From Octopus sinensis (Eukaryota), in the NCBI RefSeq assembly GCF_006345805.1, contig NW_021825194.1, forward strand, positions 62,001 to 126,000: 64,000 nt of DNA, written 5' to 3'. The position numbers and the translations under genes were made by a program. Numbering within the stretch: position 1 is the stretch's first letter; every line of letters begins with the position of its first letter. Positions 50,900 to 64,000 of this stretch are shown piece after piece. A model generated the notes under the pieces. It saw only the letters and a program-made list of their open reading frames with translations, made no database searches and had not been told where the DNA came from.

Positions 50900-52300
50900 A
50901 CCATTGATTCTGCGACTGGCAACGTCGGCAGGTGTGGACTTGCCTCTCTAGGCGCTGCATACACACCGCCTTGCTTTGTTACCACCTCTCACTCCTTCAG
51001 TGACCACTTCTGTTTGTCTGGTATCCGACACCATGAAATTAATGTCATCAGTATATGCACACACGGCATTCGAACATTCCAACTTGAATATATGTCCTCA
51101 ATACTGACTTACTGAAAAGTCACCACTTGCAGGATAAGGAAGATTGATGAGGTCAGATCTATCTGAAATCGTGCTATTTTGTACGAGCTCAACCACATTA
51201 CCGAATCCTTTAGCAAACACCTAGGCTAAAATCTTTAACACATTGACAAATCCCGAGTTATGTATCGAATATTATTGATGATGTTTCCTTTGTTTATGTT
51301 CTATCGTAGCGCCATTAGTTTTCTGTATGAGGTGACACATTAGACTTCCAATGACAGGGTCCCCTTTATACGCATCCTGTTCGTTTTGACTGCGTCCATT
51401 ATGTTATTCCATCCCCTGACTAACCATAATGGGCGGTACATTTACCAAGAATGACACCTGAAAAAGTCTGACCAACATAATCTAATAATGTAATTAAAGA
51501 TCAGTTGTCTTTTCCATCCGACACAATCGGATTACCATCATCGAGGAGAATAGCGAGTAACTGCATGTAGGAAATCTATCTGACCACCTTATTCAAATCC
51601 AGGGACCTGATTTTGTTATGCAAATAACTTTGCTTCCCGGTCGACCCTAGTCAATGGGTATTAGAGCACCGGATTTTAGTATGGCCACTTCCCTTTGTCT
51701 TAAAGAACTTAACAGAGACGTGTTCCATAAAAGATTCTCCCAAAAGATTCTTGTACAATCCATCTCAGAAGTTTCTTACACAGGCGGTAATTTTCCTTTT
51801 AAAGTCATGCAAATTTTGCAACAATAAGCACACCCTCGAGTGGTTCATGCTTTCACAATCTTAACATCCCGGCAGGAGATCTGCATTCCACTCTTGATGT
51901 AAATAGGTCATGGGTCATTACCAGGTTTGCAGTTGTCGGAAGTATTACCTCTGGTATTATCCCTGACCACTTCGCATTGAAGGTGGATCTGTTGTTAGCC
52001 ACTTTGCCATACACGTCCGTCGCCCAAGTTTAGCATATACTTTGGGAAGAATATGAACACGTCCGATGCACATGTGATTGTAGGGATTTTTTCAACTCTC
52101 CTTTCTTGTAGGATAAGAGCACAGTGTCCCTCTTGGAGACATTGTTTGGCTTGCTCTGGCGTGACATACTGGACTATTCGGAACTTTTTGAAGACAGATT
52201 TGTAAGTGAACTTTCTCCTTTCGTCTACTATATTCTGGAAAAGTTATTAGAACCCGACCCACAATATCTCTACCTTACTTCTCTCAGTTCATGGCTTTGA
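50900..52300 (-). mobile_element. Heavily decayed non-LTR RT remnant (L1/Tx1-like?)
   Basis: Scattered minus-strand motifs CAYTDDI (~51040-51065) and LKILA*VFAK (~51210-51240); motif order and boundaries uncertain. Confidence 0.35.
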
Positions 52301-52829
52301 TTGAATCAGGTGATCTTTACTGGAAGCTGTTCTTTGTACATTTGATTCCTTTTTGGTGAGCATTTTGTGACATTTGTTATTGTTTATTTTGTTGGCGCTC
52401 ATATAATTTAACTGGCATTGGTGGAGGTGTTGTTTTTGCTATTGCTATTGTTGTTGCTATTATTGTTGTTTCCGTCTGTGGAAGATGAGTAAATTCTGCT
52501 ACTAATCTCCTCACGGTCATTATAGAAAATATGCTACTAACGTTGTTGCCGCTGCTGGTAATAGTTGTGGGGTTCATAGTCGTAATGTGGTCCCTTCCGA
52601 CACGGATTGTTGAGTAATAGGAAGAAGTTTCATATTTACGGACGTATACTGAGAATAGACTCTTTCATTTGGCTCATGCTCGCTCTTTCTCTACCAAGAA
52701 TATCGCCCTTATCCTAAAGATGAAACAACACTTGAACTCTTCTGATGTTCTTAACAACAGGCTATTCATCAGTGTCTTGGGAATGTACTTATTGCGTTTT
52801 TGTACTTTTTTCTATGAATCTCATTAAAT

Positions 52830-52948
52830 ACTTATTTACATTATTTACGTTGGACGGATATGTTTCCTCATCGTGTTTGTTGTTACCACAACGTTTCGGC
52901 TGATTTACTCTCCAACCTTCATCAGGTGTCCTGGCACAATTTTGAATA

Positions 52949-52950
<2 letters not shown>
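52830..52950 (-). repeat. Short pLTR-like repeat with minimal hammerhead
   Basis: Minus strand CAC-CTGATGA-AGGTTG gagagtaaat CAGCC-GAAA-CG-TT-GTG (52887-52930); decayed copy on the plus strand at 55670-55790. Confidence 0.7.
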
Positions 52951-53029
<79 letters not shown>

Positions 53030-53045
53030 AATAACGATGATGATG

Positions 53046-54540
53046 ATGAAGGAAAGGATCAGGAGAGAATGTTATCGCGGAGTAAGAGTAATACTCAAGA
53101 CAGAGCTGAATGCGAGAAACAGGATCGAAGCGATTAATGCTTTAGCCATACCAGTCGTGACTTACAGTTTCAATATCGTTAACTGGTAAATTACTGAAAT
53201 ATGTAATCTTGACAGAAAAATACGAAAACTGTTGACAATGCATAGAATGCACCACCCTAAGGCAGATACACAACGACTTTATCTGCCAAGAAAAGAGGGA
53301 GGCCGTGGACTTTTACAACTGGCAATAACAATGAAGATTGCTACAATTGGCCTCGACACCTACCTGAAAAACTCTGGGAATTGGATGTTAAAACTTGTCC
53401 CAAAACATGAAAACAAGAAAGCATCATACTCAGTAACAAAACAGGCAAAGGAATATCTAAGTGAATTCCGAATACAACAAATTTCGGAATTAGACATACA
53501 AAAAACGAGCAGAGAAAATGCTAAACGCATGAAAACCCGTGCTAAAACTGCGGCTTTAGATATTCTGAATGATAAATGGCAAGAAAAACCTCTCTATGGC
53601 AAATATCCAAAGAGAGCGAATAATGCAGATGTTGACAAAGCCCTGACCCATCAATGGCTCATGGCCTCTGGCTTAAAATCTGAAACAGAAGGGTTTATCA
53701 TAGCAGCTCAAGATCAATGCCCACCAATAAGAAACTACCAGACCAACATATTAAAGAACGGCAGTAGCCCAACATGTCGTGTATGTCAACAACAAAATGA
53801 AACTATTGATCATGTTGTCTCCAAGTGTAGTCTTCTTGCGCCTACAGAGTATCTCAACAGGCATGATAGAGCTGCACAATATATTCACTGGGTAATTTGC
53901 AAAAACCTGGATTTGCCCCATGATAAAAACTGGTGGGAACACAAACCACCTCCAGTGCTTGAAAATGACCACATTTCACTCCTCTGGAACTTCACCATTC
54001 AAACTGACAGAAAGATAGATACAAATAGGTCAAACATCATATTGAAAGACTTCAGACAAAGAACATGCCTCCTCATTGATATGACTGTCCCAATCGATAT
54101 AAACGTATCTGTCAAGACCTACCAAAAACTGAGCAAATATAAAGATCTTGAAATAGAAATCAGCAAAATGTGGAAGCTGAAGACTAAAACAATACCTGTT
54201 GTCATAGTTGCCCTGGGAATGATAGCGAAAGGGGCTGATTGCTACCTATCTCAGATACCAGGAAACCCAAAAATGGCAGAAATTCAAAGATAGTGCTCAT
54301 GGGAACTGCTCATATCCTACGCAAAATACTTTCTATGTAATCTCAGGGTTTAAAACAAACATAATTTTCGTGTTTTTTGGGGGTTTTTTGGACATTCACT
54401 AGTACAACACAAACCCCCCTCCCCCAAATATATGCCATACTAGGCATAACAACAACATGAACTTCCAGCCTGTTGTTTCTTGAGGTCTCTGGGTGAGACT
54501 TAGAGCCAACTTGTACAAATATAAAGCAAAAGTCAAACAT
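53046..54540 (+). mobile_element. 5'-truncated R4/Dong-like RLE LINE in a (TAA)n tract
   Basis: ORF 53232-54293: LYLPRKEGGRGL, IAAQDQ, CRVC...ETIDHVVSKC, RHDRAA, CLLIDMTVP...KLSKYKDL; (AAT)n on both sides. Confidence 0.93.
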
Positions 54541-55061
<521 letters not shown>

Positions 55062-55596
55062 AAATGCCCTGATGCAGTACCAGATAGTGGCTCTTATGCC
55101 ATCTGATCTTAACTGATTGGAAGTGTTATCATGTACATTGTTTTGTCTTGGTATAAAAGATGGGCTACAGCAAATATTCTGCTTAATACTATGGATTTGC
55201 TTGTCAATTGTTTGACCATAAGCAGTTGACCATGTCCCTTAGTGGCTGGCGTTATCTGCATCTCTGATCGCGGGCAGAAGTAGTGGGGGAGCATTAATAA
55301 CCGTGTGTTGAAAGGAATTCATAGAGGTTTGGATAATTCACCTCTGGAAACATAGGTGGTTCGTTCAACATTCTTAAACAATCCTTATTCAGGGACCTTT
55401 TGAGCGGGATGGGTTACTCGACCAGAAGAAATTTCTAACTGGGCCCCACCTGTAAGGTCATGTGCTGTTAATCTTGATATGAGATTACCATGTCACGCAC
55501 ATATGGTTGTGATGCATGTGCCTAGTGTACCCTTATCATTCGGGTAGTCATGATGGCTATATTGGGCTTCGTATATTTTACCCCACTCTCTCACTC
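55062..55596 (+). mobile_element. Unclassified ~550-bp element, copy 3
   Basis: Reverse complement of 31183-31740; (AAT)n on both sides. Confidence 0.8.
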
Positions 55597-55633
<37 letters not shown>

Positions 55634-55669
55634 GCATCATCAAAAAATACCTTAAGAATGAGAACTCAG

Positions 55670-55790
55670 GGTTGGGTTCAAAATTCCACCAGGATACCTG
55701 ATGTAGGCTGGAGAGTAAATCAGCTGGAGCATTGTGGTAATAACAAACAAGATGAGAACACATATCCGACCAATGTAAATAATGTACAGA
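55670..55790 (+). repeat. Decayed copy of the 52830-52950 hammerhead repeat
   Basis: GATACCTGATGTAGGCTGGAGAGTAAATCAGCTGGAGCATTGTGGTAATAACAAAC. Confidence 0.7.
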
Positions 55791-56074
55791 ATTCCTCATC
55801 TCTAAAATATAGAGCATCATTAAATACTTGTTTCTATTTACGTTACCAATGAATGAGCTTTGAATGATTGTTGACGTTACTGCTGTAACATCAACTCATG
55901 TATTTGTTGATCTTTCGATATTTTTCTGTGGTTGTTGCTGATGATGCTGCGAATTTGATGTTAATGGTGTTTTAAGAGGTGTCTGCTATCTCTAATAAGA
56001 ATAATTTCGTGTAATCAAATCGATTAACTTTTTAAAAAAGCAATAGCATGAATTTCTGCGCAAACCCACAGGTT

Positions 56075-56990
56075 ATCAAAGAATCCCATAAATAATGCAA
56101 TTTTTATACTTCTTCAAAATTTAGATATTCAAAAATTTTTTTTTTAATCCAAAATATACTCTCCGTCATTTTCTACAATGCTCTTCACCGTGACGAAAAA
56201 TACTCCTCCATTACTGTTCTGACCTCGTCTACAGAATTCATATTTTTTCCGTCCAAATGATTTTGAATAAATGATAATCAGATGGGGCAATGTTCGGCGA
56301 ATATGGTGGGTGGGGCATCGTTTCCCATTCAAACTACTCCAGCCTTTGGAATATCATCCTCGCTGTATGTGGCCGCGCATAATCCTGATGGAAGAACACT
56401 TTTCGTATTGAAACCAATGATGGTCGTTTTCCTTCTAGCGCTGATTTAAGCCGCTCAAGCTGCTCGCAGTAGATCTCCTTTGTTATCGTTTGGTTTGGGT
56501 TTAAAAGTTCAAAGTAGACTAAACGTTTCATATCCCACCAAACAGATAACAACACCTTACGTGGGTGAAGACTCTCTAGCCTGGGCTGCCGGTGTTTCTT
56601 CTTTCCATACCCACTGCCTTCGGCGCTTGATATTTTTATAGAGAATCCATTTCTTGTCACCAGTCACTATTCCGTCCAAAAACGTGAGACGTGACAGCAA
56701 AGACGAGTACACATTCACTTTCTGCTCGCGATTAGACTAGGAACCCATTGATCCAATTTACTGACTTTTCCGATGGCACGCAGATGTTGATGAATGGTTG
56801 ACTGACCAAACCCAAGCTTCTCTGCTAGTTCCTCAACAGTTACGATGGGATTTTATTCCAGCAGAGTTTGCAGGACGTAGAACAAGGTAAAATTACACCC
56901 TGCTTTTACAGCAAGTTGATACAGGTAGTCTATCCCATTCCGACTCTTTGTTCATGCAATTAAAAAAAACATTATTTATGGGATTCTCTC
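56075..56990 (-). mobile_element. Internally deleted mariner with terminal inverted repeats
   Basis: AGAATCCCATAAATAATG (56080-56097) / CATTATTTATGGGATTCT (56970-56987); LHPRKVLLSVWWD...YCEQLERL...FHQDYARPHTA. Confidence 0.9.
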
Positions 56991-56994
56991 TTAT

Positions 56995-57145
56995 TATTTT
57001 ACTTGTTTCAGTCATTTGACTGTAGCCATGCTGGAGCACCGCCTTTTAGTCAAGCAAATCGTCCCCAAGACATATTCTTTGTAAGCCTAGTACTTATTCT
57101 ATCGGTCTCTTTTGCCGAACCGCTAAGTTACGGGGACGTAAACAC
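56995..57145 (-). mobile_element. 3' part of the CR1-tailed SINE
   Basis: Matches 18218-18365. Confidence 0.85.
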
Positions 57146-57329
57146 ATAAATTTACATGTATATATATATGTATATATACATATATATATACGTGTAAATT
57201 TAAATTAAAAATAATAAGGGTGAAAATTTGAATATTAATTTGATTAATATCAATTTAAAACCAGAGGTGTAGCATATTGAAAAGTCTGAAGTTTCAGAAA
57301 AAAGTATATTACATACATATAAGAGGGAT

Positions 57330-57611
57330 GTTCACTTTCAGTTCATGTCACTTATATAATAGTTTCACTATTAAAGTGAAAGCATTTGATATTACAAAAT
57401 AGAGATGCTTTTGTTTCACTTTTGACACGTAATACTGAAATAGTGTAGAAGATATGATATTGCTGTGGGCTCGCCCTAGGCAAGAAGTTAAAAATGACAC
57501 TACATGGACCCTAAGTAAGTCATGTGTAAAGTTTAAATGAAATTGGTTGTGTAGTTCTCAAGTTTTAGGGATCCACACAGACAGACACACATTCTCAGTT
57601 ATATATATAGA
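57330..57611 (-). mobile_element. 5' part of a non-autonomous Helitron-like repeat
   Basis: Minus strand A|TCTATATATATAACTGAGAATGTGTGTCTGTCTG, same 5' architecture as 2970 and 40650. Confidence 0.55.
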
Positions 57612-57966
57612 TATATATATATATATATATATATATGATATTAGTGATTATATCCAAACTTACAGGGAAAATTAGATTTAGGATTAAATCAAATTTCACA
57701 GTATAAATATAAATATAAATTAAATTAGAGATAAAACCACTATTAGGCAACTCAAGCAGTGATAGACATAAACCAATACATAAATAACAAAAAATATAAA
57801 TATAATTAATATAATATATAATATATATATAGAATATAAAATTTAAAATTTAAATTTTTATATTTTTATATTTTTAAATTTAAAAATTTAAAAATGTAAA
57901 AATTCTTAAATTATTATTTTTTTAAACCAAAAAGTATAAAAAAGTATAAATATAATATAATAAGTA

Positions 57967-58062
57967 AAACACTACGTACGTTTCATGGCTATAATTAAAT
58001 TCGAATTACCATTAAGTTTAAATTCAATTGAAAATTCGAATTATAGTCAATCTTCAGGTTAA
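57967..58062 (-). ncRNA. Type I hammerhead ribozyme in the 3' pLTR
   Basis: CTGAAGA-TTGACTATAATT...AATTATAGCCAT-GAAA-CGTACG-TA-GTGTT. Confidence 0.82.
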
Positions 58063-60056
58063 TGATAATAGGTAAATAAATAAGCAAATAGAGTTAAACA
58101 ATATTTTTTAAGAAATAAATGAAACAATAATTTTTCTTATAAAAAAACTCTATTATCTAAATTAGAAACTTAAAACATTAGGATTATGTCATACAACCCA
58201 TATATTATATAAAATATTTATTTTTAAGGTAAAAAAAATATATAGAAACATGTATTTATCTATTAAGATATAATATGGCTTTAAAAAACATAAACTCACG
58301 AATATCGTTAACTCAGTTATATTCTATATCTAAATACCAAATTATTTAACAAAATAATCACTATTCATATTTTTAGATTTAAGTTCACATCTAATAAATA
58401 TAAAATATTTAAAAATAATAACTAAATCATTATCAACAAATATAGTAATTAAAATCTAAAATTTACTCTATCAATAAATATATAGCCATATAATGAAAAA
58501 TAAATTAATTAATTAGTCCATTATTATTTACATAAATATTAAATTTATGAAATACATGAAAAAAATTAAAGATTAAAAATAAAATTATAAACGTATAACC
58601 TATCTTAAAAGAACCGTATAGCTATTTTACGATCTATATATCTCGTTGGCTAAGTAATATCTTACAAATAACGTACAGTTATAATCTAATAATTAAATAT
58701 ATATCTTCAACAACTAAATAATTATAGAATCAAATTAACAATCAGTAGTTATATAGTATACAATACAATACAATAAAACTTATTAAAATATCTTTAAAAA
58801 TCTTAAATAGAAAAGGTTTACTTAGCTTTCAAAAATCGTGTCATTAACTAAAATTTTAAAACGGAAAACGTCTTCTAAGCGTTTATAAGAATACTGGTGG
58901 AATTACGTTATTAACCGAAATAGAATAAACAGATGAAAAATTCTTTTAACAATGAAAACTACGAATATATTTTATCAATGAAATTATGAATAAATATTAT
59001 CAATGGAAAATACGGCTATAGTTTAACTATAATAGGTAAAGAGAACAAAGTCACTATTAGAGAATAAAACCACTATATACTATAAAATTTACCATTAAAA
59101 AGAATTACAATAAATTATACTCTATAAATTAAATAATTTATATAACTACCAATTATTGTATATACTCTAAAAATCTTATAAAAATTAATCAATTTTATAT
59201 AAAAAAAGGTTACGTTGTAGTCAAATCTTAATTTAAATAAAATAAAAAAATAACTATTATACACATTCAAAAGTAATTCAGTAGTAATTCAAACAGTAGT
59301 AATTCTATAATATGACCACTAATTAATATAAAAACTATATTCTAATAAAATTCATTATATAATATTAATTAAATAAACATCTGAATAAATCTACGAAATA
59401 TATAAAAAATACATACATACTGATTAATTTAACAAATTTATTACAAACTATATACTTAACTGTAGTATAAAATAAATATATATATTATATATCATATTAA
59501 TACTCAAAATAAATGCTAAACAATAATAAATTAAACTTATTATATAGGTAAACTAATTTATATTTAGATCAAATACATCGTTCTTTAATTGAATAAATAA
59601 AGTACATATCATTATAAAAAAGTATTACATAAAGAAAAAAGAATTATTATCCTATACATTCTAAATTATAAACAATCATATAATCTATATTCATTAAAAC
59701 CATTAAATATTTAGTAATAAAATAAACATCTAAATATAATCTAACTATAAGTATTTAAAGAACCTTTACTAACTCTTATAGACTAATACTCAAACCACAC
59801 AACACTACTATCATTAATTAATATATTTATTAAATTTATTAAATTATTTAATTATTTATTTAATAATATTAAATTAAAATTATTAAATCATGTAATATAT
59901 ATTATAAATCACATACTAAATTTTAGATTAATACTAGTACATATAACTACAAATTAGGAACAAAATAGGGTTTAAATATAGTCGCTATTTATCTAAAAAA
60001 TTATTATATAAGTAATCTGTGTCTACATTTAATTTTATGCTCGTCCAGTGTGTTCA

Positions 60057-60779
60057 CTAAATTATTATGAATATTAAATAATATTTCATTAAACTCACTA
60101 GAACACAAATAACAATAATACCTATACTATATGATTTGGCCTTACAAATTATTTCCCACTTTAAGTTATACTTAATACGTTGGGATTTTAGCCCCCATAT
60201 GTATTTGCTAAGCCCTGTAGAGTTAATCAGGTTTTTATTTTTAAATGAATTCATATGTTGTGCGATTCTTAATTTTATTTTAGAGGAAGTTGATCCTATA
60301 TAAATGGCGTTTAAGTTATTATTATTCCTATTATTCTCATTAATTAATGTAACTATACATTTATATACAACATCGTTTAAATCACATTTATTATTAAATT
60401 TACACTTAGTTTTATCTCTACATGTACAATCAATGAGTGTCTTATCTTTATTATTATTGGTATGATTATAAAATTTTGTTTTATAAAAATTGTTCAACTT
60501 GAATTTGTTAAAAGAAGAAATAATGTTACCTACATTATTAGTGGTAGAATAACCTACTCCAAAATTATTACTAGAGAAAATTTTTTTATATTTACAATTA
60601 TCTAAATGAATTGTTCAATAATATCTAAAATCTCTTTAATAATGTTAGTTTTAACTTGATCCCCATAAGGAACAATTAACCAAATTTTCTTCTTCTTCTT
60701 CTTCTTCGTCTTCTTCTTCTTCTTCTTCTTCTTCTTCTTCTTCTTCTTCTTCTTCTCTTCTTCTTCTTATATTATTATA

Positions 60780-60827
<48 letters not shown>

Positions 60828-61132
60828 TTTTTTTTTCTTCCTTCAAATTTGCTTCCATTTCTTGCCGAGTGTCTTCCCGACTCCTAGGGCAAAGAAACTC
60901 ATAGTATACATTGGTAGGCCATTAAACCAAACTCAATAGTTGGTTCATTTTTTTTTTTTAAGTTAAATTAAAATACATGAGCAGCAACAGTTCTCACATC
61001 GACAATGCTCTTCTCAATACGTGTGATGTACCAGTTAAGACAATCTTTTGCACTTCTTGCAGGGATGGTAAGCCAGGGATCATTCTCATATAATTTTCGG
61101 TTTCCTTCTTGATCATTCCTAGTGCTCCTACG

Positions 61133-61210
<78 letters not shown>

Positions 61211-62883
61211 GTTATTATTATAATTACCATTACGATTATTATATTTCTTTTTAATATTATTAAAATTAAATTTATAATTATAATTATCATTTATTGAATT
61301 AATATTAAAATTCGTCTTATTTCTATTTTTATTTTTATCTTTACTTTTATAAGTACTACAATTATTAATATTACTACTAATATTACTACCATGATTATTA
61401 TAATTATTATTGATATTAATATTTTAAGTTTTATTAATGAATTTAATATTATTATTATAACCTGCCTCTCGCAGGGCTTCATCATAATAAGGTGCATGTT
61501 TACTGAAAATCTCTAAATCATTAGAAAGTAATGTTATTCGTTTACTTATATTATTTATCAACGATTTTTTAGTTGATGGTGGGTGATTACTATTAACATT
61601 TATATATCTAAGGTTTTCATTAAATTTATGATATGGTTGTGTTTCACCCGTTATTAGATTAAAATTAACACCTAAATTATTTACATTATAGTTTTCATTA
61701 TATATAGTAATACTTAAACCATATCTTTTAAAGAAACTATAAAGTTTCTTCTTATATAATTCTAGTTTCCTATTAGTACAATTCTTAGTAATTAATAAAA
61801 GGTCATCCCTATATAAACCATCCTCTAGTTTTAAATTTTCTAATTGAAGTTCAGATAATATATAAATACCTACCAAATCCGTAGCTTGTGCAGAATCGGG
61901 TGCCCCCATAGGTATATCAAAATAGTCTCTAGTATCCTTCCTAGCCCATAATTTATCATTGTATCTAATAAACGATTTCCTAACCATTTTAATTACATTA
62001 ACTTCGTCAATAGTCATTCCTACCTTATTCATTGCGTATATTAGGGCCTTATTAAACACAATTTCATTAATAGAAGAAGAATAATTATCTATATCTATTT
62101 GAATAACTTTATATCGATTTTTTTCTTTAATATTATTAAACCAATATTATTACTAAACCATAAGTTTAGGTAGTTTAATTAATTTAATTTATTAATATAT
62201 TTATCTAAAATGAGTTTACTCAATTTACCAAAGTCTGATTTACATGGACAAATTAATCTAACTTTAGGATATGAATAAAAATTATCTTTATGGTCTTTCA
62301 AAGTAATTCTAGGGTGCATAGGTACATAAGGTTCAGTTTTATTATCCAACTTATAGTTCATCATGACTAATTTAGAGGCCTTGTTTACAGTATAAAGTAT
62401 ATTATCTGGAACAATTTTATGTTTTTTAATTATCTCTTTCTCTAAAAGGTTATCATATGATTTAACATCCAGTTTAAATAGATTCCTAGTTTTATCTGAT
62501 TGTACAATAACACCATCCATATTTCTCATTTCTTTAATTCTAATAGCTAAATTTCTTAAATATTCATTATGTCTGTTTGGGTATTTATGAAATTTAATAT
62601 TTTTCACCACCTTCCAAATATTATCTTCTAAGATCTGTAAATCCCTATTATATGGGGGTTCTTTTTTAGATTTAAAATTTGAAGCAAAATCATTATAATT
62701 CATAATATCATAAAAATTAGATATATTATAGTTATAATGGTAGGCTTTCCACTTAATGCTAGAAACAAAATACTTAATATTATTAATAAGTTTCAAAATA
62801 TATTCTTTCCTAGAGGGTATTGGAATATCCTTCAAAGATGAATTCCAAAATAGCGGTTCTATCTTACCTGTAAGTTCCATCAC
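60057..62883 (-). pseudogene. Penelope RT-GIY-YIG polyprotein (frameshifted, interrupted)
   Basis: Colinear ORF fragments highly similar to 21685-23334. Confidence 0.9.
60827..61132 (-). mobile_element. 3' fragment of a Dong-like LINE nested in the Penelope (TAA)n linker
   Basis: IVGALGMIKK...LQEVQKIVLTGTSHVLRRAL* plus 3' UTR hairpin; (TTA)n on both sides. Confidence 0.85.
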
Positions 62884-63371
62884 ATACGAAATAGAGATAA
62901 TACACTCAATAGACGTAAGCTATCAATATAATAATTATAATAATAATAATATTAGGAATTATATCCAAACTTAGTGGGAAAAATTAGATTTAGGTTTAAA
63001 TCAAATTTCACAGTATAAATATAAATATAAATTAAATTAGATATAAAACCACTATTAGGCAACACAGTGATAGACATAAAACAATACACAAATAACAAAA
63101 AATATAAATATAATTAATATAATATATAATATATATATATAAGATATAAAATTTAAAATCAAAATTTTAAAATTTAAAATTTTTATATTTAAAATTTTAA
63201 ATTTTTGACTTAAAAATTTTTTTAACCTAAAAGTATAAAAAATATAAATATAATATAAGTAAAACACTACGTACGTTTCATGGCTATAATTAAATTCGAA
63301 TTACAATTAAGTTTAAATTCAATTGAAAATTCGAATTATAGTCAATAATAGGTAAATATATATAAATCCTT

Positions 63372-64000
63372 AAATCCTTAAAAATGTTTCAGCCCGAAGG
63401 CTGCGGCCATGCTGGGGCACCACCGTTGAATGATCTACACTAGTATGTGAAACCACCTCTGATACGTGGCACTTGATCAACAAAGGAGTTCGATGCCGCT
63501 GCTCGCATCTGTTTTTCCTACCGAGAGGTAGATTCATCTGTGACCCCCGACAAGAAGAGATCCAGTTTAGTTTTAAAGAAACCCACATCCACATCATGCA
63601 GGTCTCTCAGGCATTTAGGGAGGATGTTGCTGTGGTCCTCTGAAACCCAAGCTGTTGCAGTATCTGATCCTGTATTTTGATTGTGATGTTGGAATCTTTG
63701 GCACCCTGCAGTGGCGCCCCGTTCTGCGGTTGGGGTAACTTTGAATGCCAAAGTTTGGGACAAGACCCTCGAGGATTTTCCAGATGTATATCACTGCATA
63801 TCTCTCTCGTGCCTTCGCTCCAAGGAGAAGAGTTCTAATACTTTCAGTCTTTCATAGTAGCTAATATGTTGCATTGAGACGATCTTCGTAGTGTAGCTTC
63901 GTTGAATTGCTTCGAGTTCTGCTGTTAGTTTTATATTGTGTGGTGATCATAGTTGGCTGAGGACGAATGTTTTCCAAAGGACCATCAGTGTTTCCTTCTC
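63372..64000 (-). mobile_element. CR1-group LINE 3' end
   Basis: NILPKCLRDLH..DVGFFKTKLDLFLSGV.DE; tail CGGTGGTGCCCCAGCATGGCCGCAGCCTTCGGGCTGAAAC. Confidence 0.9.

Larger units (their letters stand above)
57638..63358 (-). mobile_element. Near full-length Penelope-like element (Naiad-like) with direct pLTRs
   Basis: Direct repeats 57638-58078 and 62949-63358; ORF pieces 62883-62179, 62059-61424 (GLYRDDLL) and 60497-60057 (CTCRDKTKC, VVYKC, YIGST). Confidence 0.92.

Noticed and set aside
60057-60497. Selenocysteine (TGA) recoding reported for some Naiad elements
   Set aside because: CxCx5C positions read as Cys codons in the copies inspected (one copy has Phe), not TGA; no SECIS recognised by eye, and SECISearch would be needed

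Overview
AT-rich eukaryotic (animal) genomic DNA made up almost entirely of transposable elements and microsatellites. The repeat types and the (TA)n/(TG)n/(TAA)n load look like an Octopus/cephalopod genome (inference from pattern recognition, not a database search). No intact host gene could be supported. Identified: CR1-type LINE fragments (APE + RT); several Penelope-like elements (RT + GIY-YIG), including one near full-length copy with direct pLTRs at 57.6-63.4 kb; R4/Dong-type RLE LINEs sitting in (TAA)n tracts; tRNA-derived SINEs; mariner, Merlin and Chapaev3 DNA-transposon remnants; and Helitron derivatives. Main points of interest: (1) about ten hammerhead-ribozyme motifs, most in Penelope 3' regions, each family with its own palindromic stem III and with covarying stems; (2) an internally deleted Helitron that joins 23-aa STPR-like repeats in frame to the Pif1 helicase C-terminus; (3) an unclassified ~550-bp non-coding element inserted only in (TAA)n and co-oriented with Dong LINEs; (4) a tRNA-Lys(CCA)/CR1-tail chimera and a covarying 3' hairpin shared by LINEs and SINEs; (5) three long palindromes.
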